A DNA stretch of 63,800 nt, counting the filler, from Octopus bimaculoides (Eukaryota): the NCBI RefSeq assembly GCF_001194135.2. It is 4 parts of 4 records of this genome, joined end to end, with 100 filler letters (N's around TTAATTAATTAA, not from the genome) between each part and the next. Parts side by side here need not be neighbours in the genome. Positions count along the whole stretch, not along the records: positions 1 to 20,007 come from NC_069003.1; positions 20,108 to 47,334 come from NC_068994.1; 2 more parts are not named here. One strand, written 5' to 3'. Of this stretch, positions 14,096-28,371 are shown one piece after another. The position numbers and the translations under genes were made by a program. The notes under the pieces were generated by a model. It was not told where the DNA came from and searched no databases. It saw nothing but the letters and a program-made list of their open reading frames with translations. Position 1 is the first letter of the stretch, and each line of letters begins with the position of its first letter.

Positions 14096-15187
14096 GAGTC
14101 GACGTCTGGGACTATGAAGAAATGTAGCTTCAAAATTGCCTTGATTGTACATACACCAGACTTTTCATGAGGGCTCCAAACCACCATCATCATCATTATC
14201 AATATGATCATTATCACCATCATTTTCATCTTATCATCATCATCCCTATCCTCCTCCTCTTCCGCATCATCATCAACATCATCATCATCATCATCGCCAC
14301 CACCACCACCATCACCTCGATCACTATCATCACCACCATCAACCTCACCACCATCAACCTCATCACCAGCAGCACCACCCTCCAGTAATTTCTTGTCGAT
14401 CCTCAGGGGTGGACGGCACCCAATTATGACGAATCACCAGAGTAGGATGGAGTGGATCTGACAAAGGTCTAGCTGCTATTTCTAGCAGATCGACTAACCA
14501 CATTTGAAGCTATCCCGTCAAGTGTTTAATCCTACCGTTAGCTCTCCCGTTATGAGTGTTTAACCCTAAGTTGTCCCTGATCTTGAAGACATTTGATCAA
14601 AAGCGTCTCAGTTGTGACCATCCCACCTCAATATTCAACTACGAAGTGTGTTTGAAATTACAGTATCCAATGCCTAGCTAGAGACGTAGAATGTGATTCG
14701 AGGGAGTTTTAGCTGCTATTTCTAGAATATTTAACGACCACATCGAGACGCCTTCAGAATTGGCTCTTGTAGGAAGTGGTAAACCGGAAGCAATGTGTGT
14801 GTGTGTGAGAATATGTATGTGTGTGTATGCACGCACGCGTGTGTGTATGTACGTATGTGCATGTATATATACGTGTGTTAATATGCGCACGTGAGTATGG
14901 ATGTGTACGTATGTGTAAGCGTGTGTGTGTGTGTGCACACATGAGCATGTGTGTATATGAATGTGTCTATACTTGTATACCAGTGTGTGTATGTGTATGC
15001 GTGTGTATGTATGTATACGTGTATGTATGTATATGTGTACGTGTATGTGTGTGTGTGTATATATGTATATGTATGTATGTATGTACGTGTGTGTGTGTGT
15101 GTAATGTCTGGTACGTATGTGTATGCGTGTATATGTGTGTATGTATGTACGCGTATGCGTGTGTATACACGTATGTATGTATGTATG

Positions 15188-15220
<33 letters not shown>

Positions 15221-16208
15221 GTGAGAGGAATTGCAGCCAACCAATGCTCCTACATTCCACAGGTAAGACTTGAAGTTTAGGCCGAGGAATGTGGCGCGTA
15301 TGTGTGTATGTGCAAGCGGAGCGGGTGGCTGGTTCGGCGGCGATGGGCGTAGTGGTTGGATTGCTAATAGTCGATGGTGGTCGTTGCGATGGCGGCGGTG
15401 TTGTTGCAGTTGTTACGGTCGTGGTGATGGTGGTGGTGGTGGTGGTGGTGGTGGTTTGGTTATGCTTTGTAGTACGAGGGCAGATATTTTTGAATGGCAT
15501 TGACGGTGAGGCTGGCGATGGTGTTGAAGCCACATATGATGATGGCGGTATTGGTGGTGGAGGTGATGGCGGTAGTCAAAATGGCTGTTTTTGTTATTGT
15601 CGTTGTTGCTGTTGTTCTGGTAATGGTGGTGGTGGTGGTATAGGTGGTGGTGGGGGGTTGATGATTGTTTTCGCAGAGTGCATTGGTGTTTATTGTGGTA
15701 GTATGAAAGAAAGAACTTATATATACCAGAGAGAGAGAGAGAGAGAGAGTGAGTGAGAGAGAGAGTGATAAGTAGATAGATAGACAGATACGTAAGTAGA
15801 TAGTTAGAGGGATAGATATGTAGGTATATATACGCCTAGTTTAGAATAGAGGCAGCTGATGAAGGAATAATTCCAAGTGGCTATTTGTTTTCCTATGTGC
15901 TCGTTCCGTTGTCTGTAGTTCATTTTTCTAACGTCCTGTACCCGAATATGCATTTATATACACATGTAGATGTAAGTATGTACATATATGTGTGTATACA
16001 TGCTTATATATCCTTTGCTGGTGTGTTTATGGTGTGTTTATGGTGTGTTTATGTCCCCGTAACTTAGCGGTTCGGCAAAAGATACCGATAGAATAAGTAC
16101 TAGGCTTACAAAGAATAAGTCCCGGGGTCGATTTGCTCGACTAAAGGCGGTGCTCCAGCATGGCCGCAGTCAAATGACTGAAACAAATAAAAGAATAAAA
16201 GAATAAAA

Positions 16209-16275
<67 letters not shown>

Positions 16276-17227
16276 TGTAGTGCTGGAGTAAGGGGGTTCG
16301 GACAGCAAAGAAAGTATGAGTGGACGGAGAAAAGTAAAATTACGAGAAGGACGAGGAAAAGGAGGTGGAGGAGAAGGAGGAGGTGGAGTAGAACAAAGAG
16401 GATGAGAACGCGGAGGAGGAGAACAAAGGAGGAGGAAGATACTGTGAAACGAAGGTAGGTCATTAAGGGTTAGATAGCATAGGTGTGAGGAGGGAGGGCT
16501 TGGTTGATACTGGGACTGATCCTGGAACCAAGTAGTTGCGAAGCAAACTTCTTACCACGCAGCCACGCCGGTGACTATATTCGATGCCTTTGTGACGTCA
16601 GCTGGGAGTGAATATCAACTATAGGGCTAGCGGAGGGCTTGTACGGGTTATAAGCCCGGGTTAGGGTTCTAGATAGCAAATAGAAATATTCTAGAGTCCT
16701 CACACATCTGATAGAAGCGAAGTGAAAATCGTCGATCAACTGAAATCATCCACGCGATTAATGAACAAAAACTCCATCCAGGAGTAGAAATCTACAAGCA
16801 GGGGAGATAAATGCAATGAGGTCATTTTGGACACTATATAGTTGGAGTAGATGGCGGTCTGGTATTTAAAGGCAACTGGGAAATAGAACAGACATGCTTC
16901 TGACTTACTGGACTCCCACAGTGAAGTGTATTCTACTCGGTAGGTCTTAGAAGTATTCATTATGCATACATACATACTTCACGCATAGACACACACACTT
17001 ATATTGATACACACAAATTTATATCTTCTATTCATATACATACACACACATATATATATACATGCATTCATAAACACATATTGTGGTTTGTCATTAATTT
17101 CCTTCCTGTCAAGTTTTTTACTTGAAGAAGAACTCTGTCCGAAACGTTGGAATTTCCACTCTATGCGGCAAGTTCACTGATCTCCTTTTTATCGATTTTA
17201 CTAAAAGCACACATACACACACACACG

Positions 17228-17292
<65 letters not shown>

Positions 17293-17691
17293 NNNNNNNN
17301 NNNNNNNNNNNNNNNNNNNNNNNNNNNNNNNNNNNNNNNNNNNNNNNNNNNNNNNNNNNNNNNNNNNNNNNNNNNNNNNNNNNNNNNNNNNNNNNNNNNN
17401 NNNNNNNNNNNNNNNNNNNNNNNNNNNNNNNNNNNNNNNNNNNNNNNNNNNNNNNNNNNNNNNNNNNNNNNNNNNACTGAACTCCCTAATTTTGCCACAA
17501 CTCTTCATCTGCAGATTATTTTAAAATCTATGAACCCAAAAACTTAAAACACATCTTTTCCTGCTTTTATCATCTTTATTAAAATGATTCTAATGGCTGA
17601 TAACGATGTTTTCTGCCTCGATGTTTTCATGTTTCAAACACGCTTAGAGGCAGGTTTTGTCAAATACTTTTTTTATTTTTAATTCACTATA

Positions 17692-18088
17692 GGAGTGGCT
17701 GTGTGATAAGTACCTTGCTTACCAACCACATGGTTCTGGGTTCAGTCCCATTGCGTGACACCTTGGGCAAGTGTCTTCTACTATAGCCTCGGGCCTACCA
17801 AAGCCTTGTGAGTGAATTTGGTAGATGGAAACTGAAAGAAGCCCGTCGTATATATGTATCTATGCGTGTGTATATGTTTGTGTGTCTGTGTTTGTCCCCC
17901 CGCCATCGTTTGACAACCGATGGTGGTGTGTTTACGTCCCCGTAACTTAGCGGTTCGGCAAAAGCGACCGATAGAATAAGTACTAGGCTTACAAAGAATA
18001 AGTCCTGGGATTGATTTGCGCGACTAAAGGCGGTGCTCCAGCATGGCCACAGTCAAATGACTGAATCAAGTAAAAGAGTAAAGAGAGT
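17692..18088 (+). mobile_element. tRNA-derived SINE, family A, full length
   Basis: A-box ggctgtgtgataag, B-box gggttcagtccc, internal microsatellite, conserved tail ...ggcggtgctccagcatggccacagtcaaatgactgaa and (taaaaga)n end. Confidence 0.85.
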
Positions 18089-18149
18089 ATATTACATATT
18101 ATAGACACTACCTTAAATTATTTTTCTTATTTAGCCCGTGGTCTTATAT

Positions 18150-18575
18150 ACCTATTTGCCAAGTCTTATTCAGCAAACTCACATCAGGGAAAAGACTACG
18201 AGGTTGCCCTCTTCGAAGATACAAGGACCAACCCCAAACAACACTGAAAGCTACTGGACTTGAGCCTAAATCGTTTGAAACACAAGCCCGAGACCGTGCC
18301 GAGTGGCGGTGTTCCATCACCATTGGAACCAAAACCTTCGAAGCCACCAGAAGAGAAAAGGAAGAAATCAAACGACAGGAGAGAAAGGGTCGACAAAATC
18401 AACCTTGTCCTCCACCAAGATTACCATACAGTCAATGCCGTCGACTCTTCTAGGCAAGAATTTGTCTACAGAGCCATCAACGCCATCAACGCCATAATGG
18501 AAGTGTTCAGCAAAGAGGAGACTAAATTTTCAGATACGACAGAAAAGAGACAATGACGACGACGACGACGAGAAT
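18150..18575 (+). mobile_element. RTE-clade LINE 3' fragment
   Basis: LPSLIQQTH.GKRLRG... region, W-containing block and degenerate C-terminal CxxC..H finger; (GAC)n tail; homologous to 46895-47312. Confidence 0.75.
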
Positions 18576-19950
18576 ATCTATGTATCAGCGTGCGTGGCCT
18601 AGAGGCTAGGCTGTGGCACTCACCTTCTTTGCGACTGTGGTTTCGATTCCCGCATCAAGCAGTTCGTTGTGTTCTTCAACAAAACATTTAATTTCACGCT
18701 GCTCTCCTTCACTCGGCCGTAAATGTGTTAAACCTGCGATGGACTGGCGTCCCGTTCAGGGGTGGGGGTGGGTGGTTGTAACCTCTGTTACTTATAACCC
18801 ATGGAAACCGGGTAACTGACCCAATGAATCCTAGAACTCGAGACAGTACTTACTTTTTATGAGGAAACCTATGATCAAAGATGTTCCGCCCGTGACCAGT
18901 CCATCTAAAAAAAATAAATTTTTAATCGTTTTATATTACATGTTTAAGATACTGTCGGATGAGAGTAAGTTATTTTATCTCATTTAGCCCGTGGTCTAGG
19001 AGACCTATGATCAAAGGCGTTCCAGCCGCGACTTCTACGTCTTAATTGTTTTAGACACTACCGGATGTTACTTTTCGTAATTTAACCGGAAGTTATTCTA
19101 CTTATATAGCCCATGTTCTCGGCCTGTTCAAAGAGACCTAATGATTAAAGGCGTTCTATCCGTGACAACTCCATCTAAGTCTTCTTATATATGAATATGC
19201 CATTAGAAATACATTCCTTAACACCACCCACTGCTCTTCTCAGGATGCTGTCATGTGAGAAAAATTTGGCTGCTATTTCAGGCTGCTCGAGCGACCACAT
19301 AGAGGCTCTCAGGTATGCAAGCGGTGAGGGAAAGGGGGAAGAGGAGCAGTGGGATTGAGTAATGGTGTTGGCGGTGGTGTATTGGAAGGGGTGAAGACGA
19401 TCATGGTGGTAAGGAATGTGGTGGTTGTAATGGTGGTGGTGGTGGTGGTGGTACACATAGTGGTGGAAGTGATGTTGTGGTGTTTGTGATGGTGGTGGTG
19501 TTGATAACGATCGTAGTGATGATGATGAGGAAGGTGGTAGTGGTATAGGAATGGAGGTGGTGGTGTTGCTGTTGTGGTGGTGGTGGTGGTGGTGGAAATG
19601 ACGAAAATGATGGTTGGTGATGATGATGGTAGTGGTGGTCGTGATGGTGATGGTGATAGTGGGGGGGGGGAGTAGTGTTGGTCATGGTATTAGTGGAGAT
19701 GGTGGTGCTAATGATGGTGATGGTGATAGTAGTGGTGGTGGTGTTGGTTGGTCAGTGGCCATAACCCACCAGAGGTAAGACTGAAATCCTGGTGGTGTTG
19801 GGTTATATTGATGTTTGGGGAAATATCAGTGGGTGGAGTTTCCAGTGGTGGTCATGAATGGGACGATGTAGGGCAATGGGATTGGTTGCGTCGTTAGCAT
19901 AAGATGATAAACTAAACTGGCAAAAACTGGAACAGGAAGTAAACGAACGG

Positions 19951-20007
<57 letters not shown>

Positions 20008-20051
20008 NNNNNNNNNNNNNNNNNNNNNNNNNNNNNNNNNNNNNNNNNNNN

Positions 20052-20063
20052 TTAATTAATTAA
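20052..20063. other. Assembly spacer TTAATTAATTAA embedded in N-gaps (also at 47379-47390 and 61822-61833)
   Basis: An identical 12-mer with stop codons in all six frames, isolated in the middle of N runs three times. Confidence 0.85.
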
Positions 20064-20439
20064 NNNNNNNNNNNNNNNNNNNNNNNNNNNNNNNNNNNNN
20101 NNNNNNNAAAAATCCGGATAGTAAAGTAAGATGCATATAAGCTATTTAGAAGGGTTGGGTGGTAAAATATAAAATTAAAGAAATAAAATAACAGAGTTAA
20201 AAAGCAAGGGGAAAAGAAAAAACCTAAAAGTAGAAAAAAAAGATAAATAAAGATAAATAAAGATAGATAAAGAGATAAAGGGATCTTAAAGGGTGAGGTC
20301 GTAAATGACAGACATACATGATGCTGTGTCGGCCAAGACTAGTGGTGGGTCATAAATAAATAACGTCAGGCTAAAGAAAACTTGAAATATGATATTCTTG
20401 TGGTGAGTGGTCAGTTTGGCCGAACTTACAACTTAAGTA

Positions 20440-22800
20440 TACGAACTTATCCTTTCATCTGATGATACGTTGCGGTAGATTTGTGAAACTTCTTTGGGCA
20501 TGTATTCTAGGTTATCAAACAAAGAGTGTTGCTTAAGGAGCTGCCTTCCAAGTCTTATGATGTTTTCAGCCTCATGTATGCATACTTGGTCAAGGGATGC
20601 ACTTCAACACTTGGTGGTTAAAAGATGTTGCCGAAGGGATATGATGCGACATTCAAAGGCATTTTGGATCGATGTTAAGTCTCTTACGCCTTGTTATCGT
20701 TTTAGGTAGAGGCGGTCAACATCACTTTATGTGGAAATTATGTGTACTTGTTGGTATTTTTCGGGTTTTCATATCAATCAAGCATCCAATCAAGCAGCCC
20801 AAATGTTGGTATGAGTACTGGCACTGCAAACACATTGTGGGCCACTGTTTTATTGAGTGCAGAGTGTTCTGAGGTCCAAGTTTTCTGTATTCGGCTGTAA
20901 TATTCTTTAGTGACAGGTGTTTTGTTACAAGTGCCACTGTAAGATATATTTTCATCCAACCCTAGATACCTGTATCATTTCGCGTCAGATACAGGGGAAG
21001 CAGTCAAATCATTAATGGAGATGTTACTAGTCTGGTTTATAGTTTTCCCCCATTTTCACAGCTATCTAACATTTATCCTGACCTAACTCCAATCCTACAT
21101 CCTTTGAGAATGTTGTAACTAGGTCAAGGCTCTTTTTCATCTCATGCATATCCTTTGCATAAAGTTTTAAGTCATTCACAGGAAAAAAAAAACAAAAACA
21201 GTGTATAATTTTGGTATTTCTGTTTCCTTGTGAACCAGGGAGATATCCTTCAGACTTCCTTAATATGACTCACAAGGGGTTTACAGAAAGTATAAACAAC
21301 ATCACAGAGAAGCTGTCTACTTGGAATATTGCCTTTCCGACACTGTATTCTATCGGTGATAATACAGTTACTCTTTGTGTTTAATTTCAAGATGGTTGCC
21401 CACGATGAAGTCAGGTCATCTATGGCTTTGACTATTCTCACTGAAACTTTAGCAAGTTGAAGGGCTTCTAGCATCCATGAGTCGGCGGGAACATAGTCAA
21501 AGGCTTTCTTGTAGTCTAGCCACATTGAAACTAGGTTCCTCCTATGCTCTCGCACCTCTGACAGCACAGTTTGGTTGATTAACAATTGCTCGGCACATCT
21601 CCAGACTACTTTTTTTCCCAGCTACTTGTTCTGCTGTGATAATGTTATTAGTTTCACAATGGTCCTGCAAGAAGAGGCTTAAACAGGCTGTATAGATTTT
21701 ATATATTAAGTTCTGGCATGCAATGTTTTGCCATGTGGGTGGTTCTGCATTTTGGGATCATTTTTGTCTCTGCCAGAGCTAACCAGTGTGGTATGCTACT
21801 ATTTCCAATGAAAGTTTGCTGGTACAGATTGATAAGATATGGTCGGTAGAATGTTAGCTTCTTGTACCAATATCCAATAATCAAGTCTCTTCCAGGTGCT
21901 TTTTCATTCTGGAGTTTCTGGATCACAATTGCAAGAGTTTCACCATCAATATTGTATGTCTTGGATGTAACGCAGGAGCAATAACTTTTTCGGATTTCTT
22001 CCAGCCACAGAGCATCTTGGTTAAATTCCTTTTTTCACTCCAGATTTTCCTCCAGAAGAATCTATGTATTCTCGTGAAGGAGCATCTGTGATGTTTATTC
22101 ATCCACCTCTCATGTCTCTGTACACTGCTGCTTGGTTGAGGTTAAATTTTTTATTTATTGTTCTTTTGGTTATTCTCTTCTGATGTCGGACTTTTTCACT
22201 AACAACTTTTAGCTCTTGCTTGAGGATAATCACTTTGCAAGTGAGTGTCCTCTTTTTGCTGTCTCCAAGCATCATTTCTATCTCCTTCTTTACTTTCTGT
22301 TGGTGGAACGTATAGTAATTTGCTTGTTTGCATGCAATAAGCATCATTACATGACTGATGGTCTTCCGTAAACCAGTTATCTTTTTCTCTGTCTTCAATA
22401 CCCATGATGGTACTTTCTTTGTTATTTCGGTTTTGTTTACTTTTTTAATATCATTAATATACTATTTTACAGTAGTAGCCAGAGCATATAGACAAGCGTT
22501 AATCTGCCAGTATGTGGGTTCATCACACTGTTGTAAATACTCATCACCAATTTCATTAACAGCTTTTAATATCATATCTGGTGTTTTTTTACTTACTTCG
22601 GTAGAGAATTCTCTCTCCCCGAGAGAGCCCTTCAAAGCCAAAATTACTTTTTCTCGAAAAATGTCAATAAGGGCACATTTTACTGGCATATAACCCTGAC
22701 TACCACTACTACTACAATAATCGTTGTGGTTGCGCCTGCTATTTACCATAGTCGTAGTAGGGGGACAGTGGTCAGTTACTTGAGCCAATAATGTAGTTTT
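20440..22800 (-). mobile_element. Degenerate R4/Dong-type non-LTR retrotransposon (reverse transcriptase pseudogene)
   Basis: Frameshifted RT pieces: KLQNEKAPGRDLIIGYWYKKL, NLVSMWLDYKKAFDYVP, FVNDLKLYAKD (about 21130-21185), HNFHIKSDVDRLYLKR.QG.R. No intact C-terminal endonuclease seen. Clade call from motif memory. Confidence 0.8.
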
Positions 22801-22921
22801 GCTGGCAGACACTTATATCATTCACGTTTTCGCTTTTGCTAATAGAGTTGGGAAGAAGGTTAATCTTCGATTTCTTAATAAAGTTACAGTTACTATGTAT
22901 GTATGTATGTATGTATGTATG

Positions 22922-22954
<33 letters not shown>

Positions 22955-24529
22955 GTATATTATGTACATACTTATATATGCCGAATCAACATCTCTGATT
23001 AGTTAGTTCCCTGCTGACGTCAATCAGTCAAGTTTGATAATTATTCAAAGGCAATTAGTGGTCAGATTTTTATGACATCTTTAGACCATTAGAAGAGTTC
23101 GATTGTTCGCCGAAAATTTCTTTCCCGAAAAAAAGGGTGCCAGTTTGTAATTTTACAGAGACCTGCTACAATATAGTCATAGCTAGGAAGCATTTAATCA
23201 TAGGTCTGGGTTGAAACAACAACAAAAGCAGCAGCAAAAACAACGACTGCATGAACAACAACAGAAGTTGAGCAGCCAATCAGAGTACCTTTTCCTTTCA
23301 TACTTTTATTTATTTTTCAGCTCATGATATGGTTCTTCCACAAACTGTCTGACGTTATTCTGAATTACACCAAGTCATTTCATTATGCGTGCATCTGGAA
23401 TCATTTTGAAGGTATTTTAAAAATTACTATTTCCATATTATTTTTGTGTTTATATGCATATTCATTTATGTACATGTTTGCGGTGTTGTAGAGTTAGATG
23501 AACGATAGATCTTCCCTTGAATGAGACACCAGCTCATTGTAAGTAACACAAAAGATCTACCGTCGGTGGCACGTAGGCGGGCAATTAGGGAATATAGAAT
23601 AAAGTGTTACGCTCTGAAACACAAGGAAATTCTGATAGTAAATTTGAATCCCCGACTCCTGCATAGTTACCGGATCTTGATAAATTTCACCAGATCAGTT
23701 TTTAAAACTGTAGTGCTGATGAAGTTTTGCATGCTGATGATAAAATCTGCATGGGTTTTTTTTTTCTGAAAATTAATTATGGATACAAGCAGTTAAAGTT
23801 TGTTTTTTTTAATTTTAGCCAATCAAGAATGTCTATTGCCGACATATCGGAACTGTTTGTTGTCATTGAAATCAGACAACGAAGATGAAACCTTTACGTG
23901 GTCTATTGACATGTTAGAAATGGCAGACAAATCTTTTTTAAGTCACACCATAAAGTGTAAAAAACAAAACTAACGACACATTATATGACGTAGTTCGGGC
24001 TAGTGCATTTTTCCTTTATAGAGTCCTAATGCGTTGTAATATGGTGCTAAATTCACAGCGACACAAAATGTGTTTATCATACGTAAAAATATACATAACG
24101 CTGAGCGCGTGTTTGTTATTAATACATACAACATGTTTATATTTACATATAATATTATGTATAAATTAGAATAGACAATGAAAAAGCGAATCATATGGCA
24201 TGACTCGAAAAACATTTAATTCAAAGAGAGAATATAAACATAGAGCAGAATAGTTATGATAAAAAGATAGTCTCTTACAGCTGTTTCTAGAATAATCAAG
24301 CATGTGGATCATGATATTGAGTAAGGATACCATAAGCTGAGTACCCTGCCGTCAGAGAGAAAGATGTTAGAAAATATAGAAATCAAGAATATCCTCAATC
24401 AAAGATATCAGTACTTTCCAGTTCGTTGGAAAATGAATTAAAATTTTATGCGTTTGATAGTTAAATGGAGTAATAGAGTTATGGGTTAGCTATTTATGAA
24501 TGAAAAAGACTAATATCCCAACTTCAGAA

Positions 24530-25525
24530 TACGAGGACCGGTTGAAACGTTTATAGACTGGGTAAGATACTTTCATAGAATGTAACTAAATGAGGTTTAT
24601 TTTTCAACATAGTCTCCCCAGCCATCCATACATTCCTCCGTCGGCGTTACAGAGTTCGGATCCCATTGGTGAAGCTTTCATCCTGTTGGTCAAAAAGTCA
24701 CAAACAACAAATATGATGTTATCATTGCTGCGATACTGGTTCACGGCCAAATGTTTTTTAATGTTGAAGAACAGATAATAGTCAGATAGGATCAAATCAA
24801 AAGAATGCGGAGGTTGATCACCAGTTCAAAGTCACACTCGCATACGGTATCCATTAAAACCAAGGACCTGAATGCCAGAGCATTATCCTGATGAAACAAG
24901 ACTCTTTTCGTCAGTTTCAGCGGCCGTTTGGTTTTGATAGCCTTTTGTAACTGCCTCAGAAAGTTGGCATATTACTCTCCCTTGATAGTGTGACTCTTTT
25001 GAAAATAGTCAATAAACACAATACCTTTTGCATCCCAAAAAACTAAAGTCATCACCATCCCTGCATATGAAACGAGCTTTGCCTTCTTTGGAGTTGGTGA
25101 GGAGGGTGTGTTTCAATCGCCAGTCATCCATCAGCACGTGGTTAATACGATCAATGTTTTCTTCGGTGGTGGTAGTTGCGTGACGTCCAGACTTTAGGTC
25201 ATTTTCAAGACTCTCCCTTTCCAATCTAAATTCAGTTGCCCGCTTTTGCACTGTTCATGAAATGGAGCGCCATCTAATGTAGCATATCCTTTCAGCATGA
25301 ATGTCCTTGGGGAATCAAACCCATTTTTTTTTTGCAAGTACTTGATAAGACGACGATGCCAAATTTTGTCCATTTTCAAGGGAAGTCACTAGTAGTTAGA
25401 TTTGTAGTCTTTGAACAGTCAGATATCAGTTTACCTGGGATGAAACAATGCAGTTATTAATAAGAATTGATGAAATTAATGCTTGCAAGATTTCACAGCT
25501 CTAGGATCACTCCTTTATAGTCAGC
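24530..25525 (-). mobile_element. Degenerate mariner transposase pseudogene
   Basis: tacgagg terminus; MDKIWHRRLIKYLQKK, DLKSGRHATTTTEENIDRI, DYYLFFNIKKHLA..YRSND. Right boundary approximate. Confidence 0.8.
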
Positions 25526-26431
25526 CTAATAATGTTTCAGCTCCCCCTCGAGTTTGTGTATGCGTGCGTTCCTTTTGCGCTCATGGATACTATGTAAGGT
25601 TGGTTGCATGCCTATCTATGAATGTTTACTTGTTGTGTACGTGCATATGTGTTGTGAATGTGAGTGTAATGGTACGCACGTGTGCATGCATGTGTGTGTG
25701 TGTGTGTGGTATGTGCTTTTTGTGCACGCATGTATATGTGCGTAAAAATTGTATGCGTATGTGTGAATGTGTCTCTGTGTTTGGGAATATGTGTATTTGT
25801 TTGCGATTCTTAAAATAAGAATAGCAGGGTTCAATACGAAATGCCATGCGTTATGCAAATGAGATACTAAGAGAAAAAATTCCTGTCTGTCTATCTGTCT
25901 CCCCCCTCTCTTTCTGTATTTCGGTTGCGAAAAGTGTGCGATTGCTGGTTGTATCGTATCCTGAACTGTATGTATAAATTTCTGTAATGTTCATTATTAC
26001 TGTTGTATTATAAGTAATATTATATGTGAGGCAATTTTGTGAACCTTCACATGACACAAAACCATCCTTATGTACAGATAATGTCTATCAATCACAGACA
26101 AAAATCAACAAACGCCAATTATGATTTGAATATGATATAACTGTCTATTTGTTTTTTCTTGCGTGTACACCTGACTGAGCCCTAAACAATGTTTACTTCA
26201 TTATAGGATGGCAAATACATTCTATGAACATAAATATTAATGGTAATAGGAATATGATAAATTCATAATAGAAAATACATGCATGTATGAACATCTCTCA
26301 ATCTTTAGACATAGATTCAAAATATTAGAGTTGAATACATGGAAATTTTGGATACAATCCCTTTTCTCCCTCATACTATGTCCCTCTGTCCCGCTCTCTA
26401 TCTATTAACACACACACAAACACAAACACAC

Positions 26432-26470
<39 letters not shown>

Positions 26471-26559
26471 AATACATACATACATACATACATACATAAA
26501 TGCGTACATACCCAAGATCCACAAATCAAAAGAAATTCAAGACAGCATAAAAGGAAATA

Positions 26560-27965
26560 ATTCAACACATGGCGAAATTCCGAAACACAGAGATCTAAAA
26601 CTACACCCAGTCATTGCAGGACCAGCATCCAGCACACAACGCTTAAGCAACTTAATACATATAGTTCTACAACCTTTATGCAAAATGATACCAAGCTTTG
26701 TCCAGGACGATATGGACTTTTTAAACTACATACCTAAAAGTGTCCACCAGGAGAAATTCTTATTAGTATCGATGTAAAACTAGTCTATACACCAATATCA
26801 CACATGACCCAGGAATCGAAGCTATAAATTTCTGGTTAACAAAGCACCCAAATCATATCATGGAAAGATACTCAAAAACCTTCATTTTAGAAGGATGAAA
26901 ATTAATATTAGAAAATAATCACTTCTTCGACAACAACTTACAAATAAAAGGAACAGCGATGGGAACAAAAGTAGTCCCCGACCAAAAACCAAGAAGACTT
27001 TGGAATCTTTCACTCACTTTTAAATAATTTATATACCTCAATAAAATTCACCATGGAACAACACACAAAGGAATTACCATTTTCAGGCATAATTCTAATT
27101 AAAGAAGATAACACCATAAAAACAGATCTATTCTAGAAACCTACAGACACATACCAATATTTGAACTTTCATTTCTCTAATCTCTCACATACCAAAAAAG
27201 AAACATACCCTTTAATATAGCAAAACGAATTTTCACTCTAGTAATAGATGAAGAACTAAGGCATAAAGGATTACAAGTATTAAAAATATTTCTAACAGAA
27301 CAAAAGTATCCCACAAGATTAATTGACACAGCAATCAACAAAGTAAAAAAAACATCCCAGCTACAGACCTTAGAGGAACACAAACACGCAAAAATAAAAA
27401 TGTACTCATTAGCGACTTAAGAAATCACCTCACCAATACTGCAAAATAATACCTCCTAGTTCTTCAACAATCATCAAAAATGACCAAACTAATAACAAAT
27501 AATTTATAGTAGACGTCAAACACCCAACCTAAAAAGCTCTTAACTCAAGCAAGATTTACAACTAGAGAAACAACAAAGAGAGTTTTAAAAATGTGGTGAC
27601 CGTCGTTGTGGAACGTGTGATTACATTGAAGAAGGAGAACACATTACTTTTAAAGACAACAACATTTTAAAAATAAACGCAAATATGAATTGCAAATCCA
27701 GAAACCTAATTTACATGTCTCGAATGCAAAAAATACTACATTGGTGAAACGGTCATTCGACTATGCGAGAGAGTAAGGGTACATAAACAACAAATCCATG
27801 ACTCCTCCGTTAGAAACACAACTTGCAGTGGACACTTCCAAAAATGTGAGAAAAGAAAATTCAAAATATTTCTTTTCTTCAAATTGTGGACAAAAAATGA
27901 ATGTTTCTGTAATGCCAAAGAAAAATACTTTATTCGAAAATACCAACCAAACACGACCTGAATAA
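26560..27965 (+). mobile_element. Penelope-like retroelement fragment (RT plus GIY-YIG endonuclease), degenerate with an internal deletion
   Basis: SIDVKLVYTNITHD and QIKGTAMGTKVVP (PLE RT motifs); KCGDRRCGTCDYI, NCKSRNLIY and YIGETVIRLCERVRVHKQQI (Cys motif plus GIY-YIG). The catalytic YxDD region appears deleted after VVP. Confidence 0.85.
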
Positions 27966-28336
27966 TAAAATCTACATATGAGTAGATACTCTTTTATGTA
28001 CTATTTTATGCACCCAAAAAGTTATATATAAATGTTTTTCTCCCTTTTCTCTTTCTCCCCTCTCTCTTTCTCTCTCTCTCAGTGTATATATATATGTATG
28101 TATGTATGTATAGGTATATATGTGTATGTGTGTATGTATAAAATATATATAGGAATATGTTTGTATGGATGTACACCCTTTTTGTGTGCATGTGTGCACA
28201 TATGTGCATATGTGCGTGTACGCATATGTGCATGAGTGTGTATTGAGATATGTATATAAGTATATGTATATGTATGTGAATGTGTATGTGCGTATGTTTA
28301 CACACATATATATGTATGTGTGTGTATACGTGCATG

Positions 28337-28371
<35 letters not shown>

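Noticed and set aside
4545-15880. Other CTGANGA occurrences (about 4561, 5634, 11748, 15856) as hammerheads
   Set aside because: They lack a correctly placed GAAA or consistent stems I/III; at best very decayed.
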